From an uncultured Actinomycetota bacterium (GTDB taxonomy: Bacteria > Actinomycetota > Actinomycetes > Propionibacteriales > Nocardioidaceae): a stretch of DNA of 64,000 nucleotides. The notes under the pieces were generated by a model that saw nothing but the letters and a program-made list of their open reading frames with translations, ran no database searches and was not told the DNA's origin. The position numbers and the translations under genes are program-made. This document shows positions 48,221 to 57,919 of this stretch, piece by piece. Within the stretch, counting starts at the first letter, position 1; every line of letters begins with the position of its first letter. The stretch spans positions 247,791 through 311,790 of the forward strand of contig CAWIPI010000004.1 of the NCBI GenBank assembly GCA_963837975.1, given 5' to 3'.

Positions 48221-50158
48221 GTGACCTCGACCCTCGCGCAGACGGCGCTGTGGCTCCTCGTCCTGGTTCCTGCCCTGGTGGGTGCGGGACTGGCCCTGAC
48301 GCGCCTCGAGCGCGGCGCCGCCGTGGTCTCGGTGGGCACGGCGCTCGCGACCACCGCCCTCGGGGTCGTCGTCGCGCTCACGCATCCCCAGGTCTCGGTG
48401 CCGTTCATGGCGGGCAGCGACTTCGCGCTCGGCGTCGACCCGTTGTCGGGGCTGGTGGTCCCCACGGTGGCCCTGGTCACCTTGCTGGTCCTGGTCTTCT
48501 CCGCCGGCGAGATCCGCGAGTCCCAGGGGCGTTTCCACGGGCTGATGCTGGTCTTCGCCGCGGCCGCGCTGGTCACGGCGACGGCGCAGACCCTGCCTGC
48601 GCTGCTCTTCGCGTGGGAGCTGATGGGGGCGACGTCGTTCGCGCTGATCGGCTTCTGGTGGCGCGAGGACGACCGGGTCTCGGCCGGGGTGACGGCCTTC
48701 GTGACCACCCGGACCGCCGACGTCGGGATGTACGTCGCCGCGGGCGCCGCCGTGGCTGGAGGGTCCGGCCTGGCCCTGTCCGACCTGGCCGCGAGCAGCG
48801 CGGGCTGGCGCGACGTCGTGGCGGCGGGGCTCCTGGTGGCAGCCCTCGGCAAGGCGGCCCAGCTGCCGTTCTCGTTCTGGCTGTCGCGGGCGATGGAGGG
48901 TCCGAGCCCGGTCAGCGCCCTGCTCCACTCGGCGGCGATGGTGGCCATGGGCGGCTACCTGCTGCTGCGGGTCGAGCCGCTGCTCGCGGCCACCGGCTGG
49001 GCCGCGACGGCAGCGGCGTGGGTCGGCGCCGTGACCGCGCTGCTGCTCGGGTGCGTCGCGGTCGCGCAGACGGACCTCAAGCAGCTCCTGGCGGCCTCGA
49101 CCTCGGCCCAGCTGGGGTTCGTGGTGATGGCGGCAGGAGTCGGTTCGACGAGCGGGGGAGTGGCGCACCTCGTCGCCCACGCGGCGACCAAGGCGCTGCT
49201 CTTCCTCGCCGCGGGCGCCTGGCTCACCGCGCTGGGCACCAAGCGGCTCGCCGGGCTGCGCGGCGTCGCTCCGCGCTGGCGGCTGGTCGGGGCGACGGCG
49301 ACCGTGGGCGCGCTCTCGCTGGCGGGGGTCGCTCCGCTGGCCCTGTGGGCCACCAAGGACGCCATCCTCTCGGTCGCGCTCGAGGAGTCGCCGTGGCTGT
49401 ACGCCGTGGGGCTCGCCGCCGCGGCACTGTCGGCCGCCTACGCCGGCAAGATCCTGGTCGTCGTCTGGCGACCGGTGCCCGCGCCGGGCAGGGCCGAGGT
49501 CGAGGCGCACCACGACGAGGCGCAGCGCGGCACCCGGCACCTCGGCGCGCTCGAGCAGGCGCCGCTGGTCGTGCTCGCGCTCGGCGCGGCGCTCCTCGGG
49601 CTGCTCGCCCTCCCTCCCGTGGGTGACACCCTCGCCCGTGCGCTCGGGGAGACGCCGCTGGGTCCGGCGCCCCTGGAGCTGGCGGCGTCGGTCGTCATCG
49701 CGCTGGTGGTCCTGGCGCTGGTGTGGTGGCGTCCACGGCTGCCCGAGCCCGGCTGGGCGGCCGGCTGGTTGGGTCTGCAGCGCGCGACTCTGGTGTGCGT
49801 CGTACGCCCGACCCTGTGGCTCGCCGCCCGGCTGGCCGATCTCGACGCCGCCCTCGACCGGGCGGTCGCCGGGACGGCCTCCGGCACCCTCGCCACGGCC
49901 CGGGGCGCTGCGAGGTTCGACGACGAGGTGCTCGACGGCGGTGTCGCGGCGACGTCGCGGGCGGCCCTGGGGGCATCCGACCGCAGTGCCCGCGGGGAGG
50001 GCCGCTGGGTCGACGGCGCGGTCGAGACCCTGGCTGCCTGGATCCGTGGCCTGGGCCGCCTCGCCCGCCGCCCGCAGTCCGGGCAGCTGTACCAGTACTA
50101 CGTCCAGGCCGTCGCGCTGCTCGCGCTCGGTGTCCTGCTCCTCCTCACAGTGAGGTGA
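48221..50158 (+). CDS. nuoL: NuoL-like antiporter subunit
   Basis: WELMG, GKAAQLPF...AMEGPSPVSALLHSA, HAATKALLF, QSGQLYQY tail. Confidence 0.92.
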   Translation: MTSTLAQTALWLLVLVPALVGAGLALTRLERGAAVVSVGTALATTALGVVVALTHPQVSVPFMAGSDFALGVDPLSGLVVPTVALVTLLVLVFSAGEIRESQGRFHGLMLVFAAAALVTATAQTLPALLFAWELMGATSFALIGFWWREDDRVSAGVTAFVTTRTADVGMYVAAGAAVAGGSGLALSDLAASSAGWRDVVAAGLLVAALGKAAQLPFSFWLSRAMEGPSPVSALLHSAAMVAMGGYLLLRVEPLLAATGWAATAAAWVGAVTALLLGCVAVAQTDLKQLLAASTSAQLGFVVMAAGVGSTSGGVAHLVAHAATKALLFLAAGAWLTALGTKRLAGLRGVAPRWRLVGATATVGALSLAGVAPLALWATKDAILSVALEESPWLYAVGLAAAALSAAYAGKILVVVWRPVPAPGRAEVEAHHDEAQRGTRHLGALEQAPLVVLALGAALLGLLALPPVGDTLARALGETPLGPAPLELAASVVIALVVLALVWWRPRLPEPGWAAGWLGLQRATLVCVVRPTLWLAARLADLDAALDRAVAGTASGTLATARGAARFDDEVLDGGVAATSRAALGASDRSARGEGRWVDGAVETLAAWIRGLGRLARRPQSGQLYQYYVQAVALLALGVLLLLTVR

Positions 50159-50160
50159 AC

Positions 50161-51651
50161 GTGCTCAGCCTGATCGTGTTCCTGCCCCTGGCAGCAGCGT
50201 TGCTGCTGGTGGCGCTGCCCCGGCTCGGCGACGCCGCCGCGCGATGGTGCTGGGTGGCCGCCGCCACCGCCGACCTCGCGCTCGTGCTGGTCGCGTGGTG
50301 GCGCTACGAGGCCCCTGCGCCAGGCCGGCTCGCGCTCGAGGAGCGGGCCGAGTGGATCCCGGGCGTCGACAGCAGCTACCACCTCGGGGTCGACGGCCTG
50401 TCCCTGCCGCTCGTCGCGATGACGGCGGTGATCTTCCTCGCCTGCGCGGTCTACGCGCTGCGCGAGGCCGACCGACCCCGCCTGCAGGCCGCGCTGTTCC
50501 TCTTCCTGCAGAGCGTGAGCATGGGCCTGTTCGTCTCCGCGGACCTGATCCTGTTCTTCGTCTTCTTCGACCTGTCCATCGTCGCGATGTACTTCGTGAT
50601 CGCGGGCTGGGGCCACGGCTCCGCCGCCAGGTCGGCACTGAAGTTCTTCCTCTACACCTTCCTGGGCTCCCTGGTCCTGCTCGTCGGCTTCATCGGCCTC
50701 TACGTGGCGGCCGAGCCGCACACCTTCGACATGGTCGCCCTGACCGAGCAGGCTCCCTTGGACGGCTCCTCGGTCGCCGGGGGGCTGGTGCTGGCGGCGA
50801 TCCTGGTCGGGCTGGCGGTGAAGACGCCGACGGTGCCGTTCCACACGTGGCTGCCGCCCGCCCACACCGACGCCCCCGCCATCGGCTCGGCCGTGCTGGC
50901 CGGAGTCCTGCTGAAGATGGGGACCTACGGCTTCGTCCGGATCGCGATGCCCATGCTCCCTCAGGCGTGGCGCGCCTGGGCCTGGGTGGTCATCGTCGTC
51001 GGCATCGTCTCGGTGCTGTACGGCGCGCTGGTGGCGCTGGCCCAGACCGACCTCAAGCGCATGATCGCCTACACCTCGGTGAACCACATGGGCTACATCG
51101 CCCTCGCCGTGGGGGCCGCCGGACTCGTGGCCGACGACACCGCCGAGGCCCGCTCGGTGGCGGTCACGGGCGCGGTCACGCAGATGGTGAGCCACGGGCT
51201 GATCACCGGAGCGCTGTTCCTGCTCGCCGGGGTGCTGCACGACCGCACGGGCAGCTACGACCTCGACGGCTACGGCGGACTCGCGGCCCCGGCGCCACGG
51301 TTCGCCACCCTGTTCGCGGTCGGCGCCTTCGCCTCCCTGGGCCTTCCCGGCTTCTCCGGGTTCATCGCCGAGTTCCAGATCTTCGCCGGCAGCATCGCGG
51401 CGACCCCCGTCGCCGCCGTCGCGGTGCTGGGGATCCTGGTCACCGCGGCCCTGTTCCTCCGGGCCCTCCAGCGCCTGTTCACCGGGCAGACCCGCGGCGC
51501 CTCGGTCGGCTTCCGCGACCTGCACCCGGTCGAGACCTGGTCGGTGGGGTCCCTGCTGCTCCTGTCCCTGTTGATCGGTGTCCTCCCGCGACCGCTGCTC
51601 GAGGTGATCGAACCCGCCTCGAAGGTGCTGGTCGAGCTGGTCGGGAGGTAG
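50161..51651 (+). CDS. nuoM: NuoM-like antiporter subunit
   Basis: GVDGLS, KFFLYT, VKTPTVPFHTWLP, LLKMGTYG, IAYTSVNHMG, GFIAEF. Confidence 0.93.
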   Translation: MLSLIVFLPLAAALLLVALPRLGDAAARWCWVAAATADLALVLVAWWRYEAPAPGRLALEERAEWIPGVDSSYHLGVDGLSLPLVAMTAVIFLACAVYALREADRPRLQAALFLFLQSVSMGLFVSADLILFFVFFDLSIVAMYFVIAGWGHGSAARSALKFFLYTFLGSLVLLVGFIGLYVAAEPHTFDMVALTEQAPLDGSSVAGGLVLAAILVGLAVKTPTVPFHTWLPPAHTDAPAIGSAVLAGVLLKMGTYGFVRIAMPMLPQAWRAWAWVVIVVGIVSVLYGALVALAQTDLKRMIAYTSVNHMGYIALAVGAAGLVADDTAEARSVAVTGAVTQMVSHGLITGALFLLAGVLHDRTGSYDLDGYGGLAAPAPRFATLFAVGAFASLGLPGFSGFIAEFQIFAGSIAATPVAAVAVLGILVTAALFLRALQRLFTGQTRGASVGFRDLHPVETWSVGSLLLLSLLIGVLPRPLLEVIEPASKVLVELVGR

Positions 51652-51657
51652 CCGACA

Positions 51658-53055
51658 GTGGATTCCATGGCGATGCGGCCGCTGCTGCTGCTGCCGGAGA
51701 TCGTGCTCTTCCTGGGCGGTCTCGCGGTGCTGCTCGGCGGTTCCTTCCTGCCCAGGCGACGGCAGTGGGTCGCCCGCGCCCTCGCCGCGGTGACCCTCCT
51801 CGTCGCCGCGGTGGCCGCGGGTGTGGGCCTGGCCGGCACCGACCGGCTGGCGATGGAGGGCAGCTGGACCGTGGACGACGCGACCGGGGTCGCCCGCGTC
51901 GTGGCCGTCCTGGGCGCGCTGGTCGTCCTCGCCCTCGCCTCGGACGAGATCGCGGGCACGGCCCGGGAGAGCGAGACGTGCGCGCTGGTGCTCTTCGCCA
52001 CGGCCGGCACGCTCGTCCTCGCCGGGGCCGTCGACCTGCTCGTCGTGGCGGTCGGGTTCCTCCTGGCGAGCATCCCGCTCTACGGGCTCATCGGGATCGC
52101 CCGCACCTCGGGCGGTGCGGAGGCGGCGCTGAAGACCTATCTCGTCGGGGCCCTCTTCGGCATCCTGCTGCTGACCGGCATCACCGTGCTCTACGGCGTG
52201 ACGGCCACGACGTCGTACGACGTGCTGGGCGAGCGGCTGGCCGACGGGCCGGAGGCGGCCGTGGCCGTGGGGGGCGTCATGGTCCTGGCCGGGCTGATGT
52301 TCAAGGCCGGTGGTGTGCCGGGCCACTTCTGGGTGCCAGATGCGGCGCAGGGGGCCGGCGGCGCCGTCGCTGCCTTCGTCACCACCGTCCCGAAGGTGGG
52401 CGCGCTGGTCGCCGCCTACCGGCTCGTGGCGATGCTGCCGGGGACGCTGGACTGGCCGCTCCTCGTCGGGGTGCTGGCAGTGGCGAGCATGACGCTGGGC
52501 AACCTGGCGGCCTACTGGCAGACCGACCCTCGTCGGTTGCTCGGCTGGTCGACGGTGAGCCAGGTCGGCTACCTGCTCGTGCCCGTCGCGGTCGCCGGAC
52601 GCAGCGACCTCGCCCTGCCGTCGCTGCTGCTCTACCTGTCCGGCTACACCGTCACGAACCTCTCGGCCTTCGCCGTCACGACGGCCCTTCCCGAGCGCAG
52701 GGAGCTGAAGGCCTATCGCGGCATGGGCCGGGCCCGCCCGCTGCTCGGGGCCGCGCTGGTGGTCGCGCTGCTGGGGCTGGTCGGCACGCCGCCGACGGTG
52801 GTCTTCGCCGGCAAGCTCACGACGACCACGGCCGCCTGGGACGGTGGACTCGCGTGGCTCGCGGTCGCCGTCTTCCTCAACACGGTGGTCAGCCTCTTCT
52901 ACTACCTGCGGTGGATCGCGCCGGTCTACGGACTCGGGCAGTCGTCGCGCCGGCCCTCCGCCGCCGACTTCGCCTCCACCGCCTTCTCGACGCCGACAGC
53001 GGTCGTCACGGCGCTGCTCAGCCTCGTCGGAGTGGCGGGCGTGGCTCTGCTCTAG
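51658..53055 (+). CDS. nuoN: NuoN-like antiporter subunit
   Basis: EAALKTY, FKAGGVPGHFWVPD, VPKVG, RLLGWSTVSQVGY, FAGK, SLFYYLR. Confidence 0.9.
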   Translation: MDSMAMRPLLLLPEIVLFLGGLAVLLGGSFLPRRRQWVARALAAVTLLVAAVAAGVGLAGTDRLAMEGSWTVDDATGVARVVAVLGALVVLALASDEIAGTARESETCALVLFATAGTLVLAGAVDLLVVAVGFLLASIPLYGLIGIARTSGGAEAALKTYLVGALFGILLLTGITVLYGVTATTSYDVLGERLADGPEAAVAVGGVMVLAGLMFKAGGVPGHFWVPDAAQGAGGAVAAFVTTVPKVGALVAAYRLVAMLPGTLDWPLLVGVLAVASMTLGNLAAYWQTDPRRLLGWSTVSQVGYLLVPVAVAGRSDLALPSLLLYLSGYTVTNLSAFAVTTALPERRELKAYRGMGRARPLLGAALVVALLGLVGTPPTVVFAGKLTTTTAAWDGGLAWLAVAVFLNTVVSLFYYLRWIAPVYGLGQSSRRPSAADFASTAFSTPTAVVTALLSLVGVAGVALL

Positions 53056-53141
53056 GGGCCTGCGGGGCGCCGGTCGCCCTCGCCGGTGGTCCGGGCACAC
53101 GCGTTGTCGTGGTCGCCCCCTGGCAAGCGGTCGCGGCGACC

Positions 53142-55862
53142 TCAGTGACCGGCGCGCGGGAACAGGTCGAGCTGGTGGGCGCGCCGCACCGCGGCCCGGC
53201 GGCTGTTCACGCCGAGCTTCGCGTAGACGTGCTGGGTGTGGGTGCGCACGGTGGCCAGGGAGACGTGCAGCCGGCGTGCGATGTCCGGGCCGCTGAGGTC
53301 GGAGCGCAGCAGCCGCAGGACGTCGAGCTCCCGGCTGCTCAGCGGGTCGACCAGCGGCTGCGGTGGGCGTACGCCGGCGGCGGGACCCGACCCGGCCGTC
53401 CGGGAGCCCCGGTGCGGGAACCGGGGGAGGAGCTGCTCGACGTAGGGGGTCCGCGGCTGTCGTCGGGCCAGCTCGGCCAGCAGCTCGTGCATCGGCGCGC
53501 CGTGCTCGGTGAACACCCGCACCTGGCCCTCCGGCTGGGCCAGCTCCACGGCCCGGGCGAGGGTGTCGCAGGCCGCGTCGAGGTCGCCCGCCGCACGCCG
53601 GACGAGCGCCTGGAGGGCCAGCGCCTCGATGGCGGTGCCGGTCCTGCCGCCCACTGTGGCCGCGGCGACGATGCCTGCGAGGAGTGCCTCCGCCTCGTCC
53701 AGGGCGTCCCGGTCCGCACCGGCGGTGGCCTCGGCGAGCAGCACGTGGGCCAGGGCGAGGTGGTCGTGCTCGCCGAGGTAGGTCGGCTCGTCGCCGGCAG
53801 CGACGCCACGCTCGCGGGCCCACGCCCGGGCGCCGGCGAGGTCTCCGGAGGCGGCCAGGAGCCGGGCCCGGGTCGCCGCCACCGGCTGGACGTCGGGCGA
53901 GAAGTCACCGACGTAGACCCGTTGTGCTTCCCCGAGCAGCTCGACGGCGCTCGGCAGGTCGCCCTCGGACTGGCGCAGCCGGGCCATCATCAGCCGCCAC
54001 CGGTACGGGTTCTGCGGGAGGCCGAGCGCGTCCCCCGCGTCGTCGGCCCGGCGCAGGTGCTGTGCTGCCGCATCGAGGTCGCCCAGCTCCCAGGCGACCC
54101 GGCTCAGGCCGACGTGCATGTCGGCGACGCCGCGCATCCGGGCGCCACCGGTGAGCGCGAGGGCGTGCTCGAAGGTGCGTCGTGCCGCACCCAGCCGCCC
54201 CTGCGTCATCTCGATGTCGGCGACCGCGATCGAGCAGCCCAGCAGGTCGGCGACGTGCCCGGCCCGCTCGAGGTGGTCGGCGGCCGCGCGATAGGCGGCG
54301 TGCGCCTCCTCCAGGTCGCCCTCGGTCCAGGACGCCAGGCCGAGCAGCGCGGAGGCGGCGGCGACGGTGAGGTGGTCGTCCGGTGCGGCGAGGGAGAGGG
54401 CTGCGTCGGCGTGCTGCCGGGTGTGCTCGGGATCGCCCGAGACCAGCGCGAGCGCCGCCCGGTAGTAGTGCACGCTCGCCGGCAGTCGGGGCAGCTCTGC
54501 CGGGTCGGCCACCACCAGGTCCTCGGCGGGCGAGTCGAGCAGGCTCTCGGCGTACTCCAGACGCTGCGGCACGCCCTCGAAGTCGTTGCTCGCCATCAGC
54601 CCGCCGACGAGTCCGACCGCGAGCACGGGACGGTTCCGCACCACGTCGGCGGGCAGGTCGTGGGCCCACCGGCGCAGCACCTGCTCGCGGCGTTCGCGCA
54701 GCATCGCCGGCAGTGCCAGCTCGATGCGCTCCGCAGCCAGCGCGAGGTCTCCCGCGGCGACGGCGTGGCGCACCGAGGCCTCGGGCTCGCCGGCGCGGTC
54801 GTACCAGTCGCTGGCGCGCCGGTGCAGGACCGGCGCGTCCGCGGGCCGTTCGTCGAGCAGCCGTGCGCGGAGCACGTCCGCGAACAGGTGGTGGTAGCGG
54901 AAACGGTGCCGCCGGTCGTCGAGCGGCACGAGGAAGAGGTTCTCGCGTTCCAGCCGGTCCAGCATCGCCCTGCTCCCGGCACGAGCGGTGACCGCGTCGC
55001 ACAGCGGCGCGGTGAGCTCGTCGAGGACAGCGGTGTCGCGGAGAAAGCCGCGCACGGCGGCAGGTTGCCGGTCGAGGACCTCGTCGGCGAGGTAGTCGAC
55101 GACGAAGCGGTCGTCACCGGCGAACCCGGAGATGAAGGCGGCGCGGTCCTCCTTCCCCTGCAGGGAGAGCGCGGCGAGCTGGAGTGCCGCCGCCCACCCC
55201 TCGGTGCGGGACTCCAGCGAGGCGACGTCGGCGCTGTCGAGGCTGAGGTCGTGGACGTCGTTGAGGTACGCCGCCGCCTCGTCGGCGTCGAAGCGGAGGT
55301 CGGCCGCACGGACCTCGACGAGCTCGCCGCGCGCCCGCAGCCGTGCGAGCGGCAGGCCAGGATCGGCGCGGGTGCTGATGACGAGGTGCACCTGCGGCGG
55401 CAGGTGCTCGAGGAGGAACGTCAGCCCGGACCGGACGGCGGGCGACTCCGCCAGGTGGTGGTCGTCGAGGACCACGAGCAGGTCGTCCGCGGTGACGCCG
55501 AGCTCGTTGACCAGCAGGGCCAGTGCCTCGTGCACCTGGGCGGGGTCGGGGCCCAGGCGCGCGAGTGCGGAGCCGGCGGTCCCGGGGATGGCCCGCTCCA
55601 CGGCGTGCAGGACGTGGGTCCAGAAGACCGTCGGCTCCGTGTCGCGCTCCTCGAGCGACACCCACGCGACCCTGCCCGGGCCGCTGCGATGTGCCAGCCA
55701 GCCGGCGAGCAGCGTCGTCTTCCCGAACCCGGCGGGGGCCGCGAGAAGGGTCAGGGTCGTGCTCGCTCCGCGCTCGAGCAGTGCCTCGAGCCGGGGACGG
55801 GGCACGGTCCGCTGGCGCACGGGTGGCACCAGCAGCTTCGTCTCGATGACGGCCTCGGGCAC
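53142..55862 (-). CDS. MalT-like LuxR family regulator (ATPase + TPR + HTH)
   Basis: ETKLLVP, APAGFGKT, LDDHH, TEGWAAAL, RYHHLF, LSSRELDVL...TVRTH. Confidence 0.92.
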   Translation of the reverse strand: MPEAVIETKLLVPPVRQRTVPRPRLEALLERGASTTLTLLAAPAGFGKTTLLAGWLAHRSGPGRVAWVSLEERDTEPTVFWTHVLHAVERAIPGTAGSALARLGPDPAQVHEALALLVNELGVTADDLLVVLDDHHLAESPAVRSGLTFLLEHLPPQVHLVISTRADPGLPLARLRARGELVEVRAADLRFDADEAAAYLNDVHDLSLDSADVASLESRTEGWAAALQLAALSLQGKEDRAAFISGFAGDDRFVVDYLADEVLDRQPAAVRGFLRDTAVLDELTAPLCDAVTARAGSRAMLDRLERENLFLVPLDDRRHRFRYHHLFADVLRARLLDERPADAPVLHRRASDWYDRAGEPEASVRHAVAAGDLALAAERIELALPAMLRERREQVLRRWAHDLPADVVRNRPVLAVGLVGGLMASNDFEGVPQRLEYAESLLDSPAEDLVVADPAELPRLPASVHYYRAALALVSGDPEHTRQHADAALSLAAPDDHLTVAAASALLGLASWTEGDLEEAHAAYRAAADHLERAGHVADLLGCSIAVADIEMTQGRLGAARRTFEHALALTGGARMRGVADMHVGLSRVAWELGDLDAAAQHLRRADDAGDALGLPQNPYRWRLMMARLRQSEGDLPSAVELLGEAQRVYVGDFSPDVQPVAATRARLLAASGDLAGARAWARERGVAAGDEPTYLGEHDHLALAHVLLAEATAGADRDALDEAEALLAGIVAAATVGGRTGTAIEALALQALVRRAAGDLDAACDTLARAVELAQPEGQVRVFTEHGAPMHELLAELARRQPRTPYVEQLLPRFPHRGSRTAGSGPAAGVRPPQPLVDPLSSRELDVLRLLRSDLSGPDIARRLHVSLATVRTHTQHVYAKLGVNSRRAAVRRAHQLDLFPRAGH

Positions 55863-55992
55863 CCTCGACTCCCTCCCCGGGTCGCGGACTCACGCACTGT
55901 CGCCGAACCCGAGCCCGGTGGGGCGATCATGCCACCGTCGGCGGCCGACGAGCGGCCGCTCCGGACCGGGCACGTCGTACCGCCCGGGGAGC

Positions 55993-56604
55993 TCAGTCGC
56001 CGTGGGGGTCCTCCCGCGAATTCGAGTCGCTGCCGCCGGCCCGCACCAGCATCCGCTCGCCCGGACGTCCGAAGATGCTGAGCACCTCCGCCGGGCCCTC
56101 GCCGGTGCTGCCGAACCAGTGCGGCACCTGGGTGTCGAACTCAGCGGCCTCGCCCACGCCCAGGACCAGGTCGCGGTCGCCCAGGACCAGCCGCATCCTG
56201 CCCGAGAGCACGTAGAGCCACTCGAACCCGTCGTGGGCGCGCGGCCGTGGCGTGGACTGCGCGCGCGGGATGACGATCTTCCACGCCTGCACGCCGCCCG
56301 GGGAGGTCAGCGGCAGGACCGTGCGACCGTTGACCCGGCGGGGCTTGAGCCGGATGCGCGGGTCACCCACCTCGGGAGCGCCGACCAGGTCGTCCAGGGG
56401 CACACGGTAGGCCTGCGCGAGGGGCAGCAGGACCTCGAGACTCGGCCGCCGCTGTCCCGTCTCGAGCCGGGACAGGGTGCTCTTGGAGATGCCGGTCGCG
56501 GCGGCGAGGCCGGTGAGCGTGATCCCACGCTGCTTGCGCAGTCTCTGGAGTCGCGGGCCCACCTGGTCGAGCGCCACACTGATGGCTTCCTCGCGGTCGG
56601 TCAC
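55993..56604 (-). CDS. XRE family regulator with cupin domain
   Basis: TGISKSTLSRLETGQRRP, HDGFEWLYVLSG, FDTQVPHW. Confidence 0.92.
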   Translation of the reverse strand: MTDREEAISVALDQVGPRLQRLRKQRGITLTGLAAATGISKSTLSRLETGQRRPSLEVLLPLAQAYRVPLDDLVGAPEVGDPRIRLKPRRVNGRTVLPLTSPGGVQAWKIVIPRAQSTPRPRAHDGFEWLYVLSGRMRLVLGDRDLVLGVGEAAEFDTQVPHWFGSTGEGPAEVLSIFGRPGERMLVRAGGSDSNSREDPHGD

Positions 56605-56634
56605 CGGGGCATCGTCGGCGGATTTCCCGGGAAT

Positions 56635-56650
56635 GGCAACACTTGTTGCC
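56635..56650. promoter_or_regulatory. Putative XRE operator palindrome
   Basis: GGCAACA-CT-TGTTGCC between divergent genes. Confidence 0.6.
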
Positions 56651-56680
56651 TCGGTCGTGGCCCGGTCGCACGCTGGAGCC

Positions 56681-57604
56681 ATGAACAGTCATGACGTGGT
56701 GGTGATCGGCGGCGGCGCGGCCGGGCTCTCGGCAGCGATGGTCCTCTCCCGGGCTCGACGCGCCGTGCTCGTCGTCGACGGGGGCGAGCCGCGCAACGCA
56801 CCGGCCGCTCACATGCACGGGTTCCTCTCGCGTGACGGCCTGCCTCCCACCGAGCTGCTCACGATCGGCCGCAAGGAGGTCGAGGGGTACGGCGGTGAGG
56901 TGGTACCCGGCCGGGTGGCCCGTGGCCGGGCCGCGGGGGACGGGTTCGTCCTCGACCTGGCAGACGGGTCCCGGGTCCGTGCACGCCGCCTGCTGGTGGC
57001 GACCGGCCTGCGCGACGAGCTCCCGGACGTCGACGGGCTGCGGGAGCGCTGGGCCCGCGACGTCCTGCACTGCCCCTACTGCCACGGACACGAGGTCCGC
57101 GACCAGGCGCTCGGTGTGCTGGCGTGGTCGCCCGGCAGCGTCCAGTACGCCCAGGTCGTCCGCCAGTGGTCGGACGACGTGGTGGTGTTCGCCCCACCGG
57201 CGACCCTGACGCTCGAGGAGCGCGAGCAGCTCATCGCTCGGGCCATCGGCATCGTCGAGGGCCGCCCGCGCCAGGTCGTCGTCGAGGACGACGCACTGCG
57301 TGGCGTTGCTCTCGAGGACGGTCGCTTCGTCCCCCGGGACGTGGTGTTCGTGCCGCCGCGGTTCGTGCCCGCCCACGACCTCCTCGTCGACCTCGGCTGC
57401 GACGTCGACGACACCGGCTGGGTCGTCACCGACGACACGGGCCGGACCACCGTTCCCGGTGTCTGGGCGGCCGGGAACGTCCGCAACCCACGCGCCCAGG
57501 TCATCACGGCGGCGGGGGAGGGGTCCGCCGCCGCCATCGCCCTCAACGCCGACCTCGTCACCGAGGACGTGTGCCTCGCCGTCCGGGAGCACCGCGGTCG
57601 GTGA
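56681..57604 (+). CDS. Thioredoxin-reductase-like FAD oxidoreductase (GliT/HlmI-type CxxC)
   Basis: GGGAAG, PRNAPAAHMHGFL, LLVATG, HCPYCHG, WAAGN. Confidence 0.88.
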   Translation: MNSHDVVVIGGGAAGLSAAMVLSRARRAVLVVDGGEPRNAPAAHMHGFLSRDGLPPTELLTIGRKEVEGYGGEVVPGRVARGRAAGDGFVLDLADGSRVRARRLLVATGLRDELPDVDGLRERWARDVLHCPYCHGHEVRDQALGVLAWSPGSVQYAQVVRQWSDDVVVFAPPATLTLEEREQLIARAIGIVEGRPRQVVVEDDALRGVALEDGRFVPRDVVFVPPRFVPAHDLLVDLGCDVDDTGWVVTDDTGRTTVPGVWAAGNVRNPRAQVITAAGEGSAAAIALNADLVTEDVCLAVREHRGR

Positions 57605-57635
57605 CCGACCGCCCCACCCATCGAAGGAGACAGCC

Positions 57636-57908
57636 ATGCCCGCTCGCCCCCACCAGCCCCTGACCCCGCCGCCCGTACCGAGCCCGGTCGGCCCGCCCAC
57701 CACGCACCAGCTCGCCCTGATGATCTGGGTCGCGGTGTTCCCGACGCTGACCGTGCTCAACCTGGTCGTCGGTCCGTGGCTCTCGGGCGCCGGCCCCGTG
57801 CTGCGCACCTTCGTCCTGGCGACCGTCGCGGTGCCGATCGTCATCTACGGACTCATGCCCCGGCTGCACCGCCTCCGGGTGCACCTGCTGCGCCGGCGCC
57901 AGGGATAG
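57636..57908 (+). CDS. Small 2-TM membrane protein
   Basis: RBS AAGGAG; HQLALMIWVAVFPTL...VPIVIYGLMP. Confidence 0.7.
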   Translation: MPARPHQPLTPPPVPSPVGPPTTHQLALMIWVAVFPTLTVLNLVVGPWLSGAGPVLRTFVLATVAVPIVIYGLMPRLHRLRVHLLRRRQG

Positions 57909-57919
57909 GTCCGCGCCAG

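Noticed and set aside
44979-53055. Ordinary respiratory nuo operon or Mrp antiporter
   Set aside because: Lacks nuoC/E/F/G/I and all Fe-S ligands; has NuoA/NuoH and lacks MrpE/F/G
50098-53823. 1241-aa minus-strand ORF
   Set aside because: Shadow of nuoM/nuoN and off-frame of the LuxR gene
50244-56081. 1945-aa plus-strand ORF
   Set aside because: Off-frame over nuoM/N and antisense to the LuxR gene; Arg/Gly/Pro-rich with no motifs; stop-codon scarcity in high-GC DNA explains it
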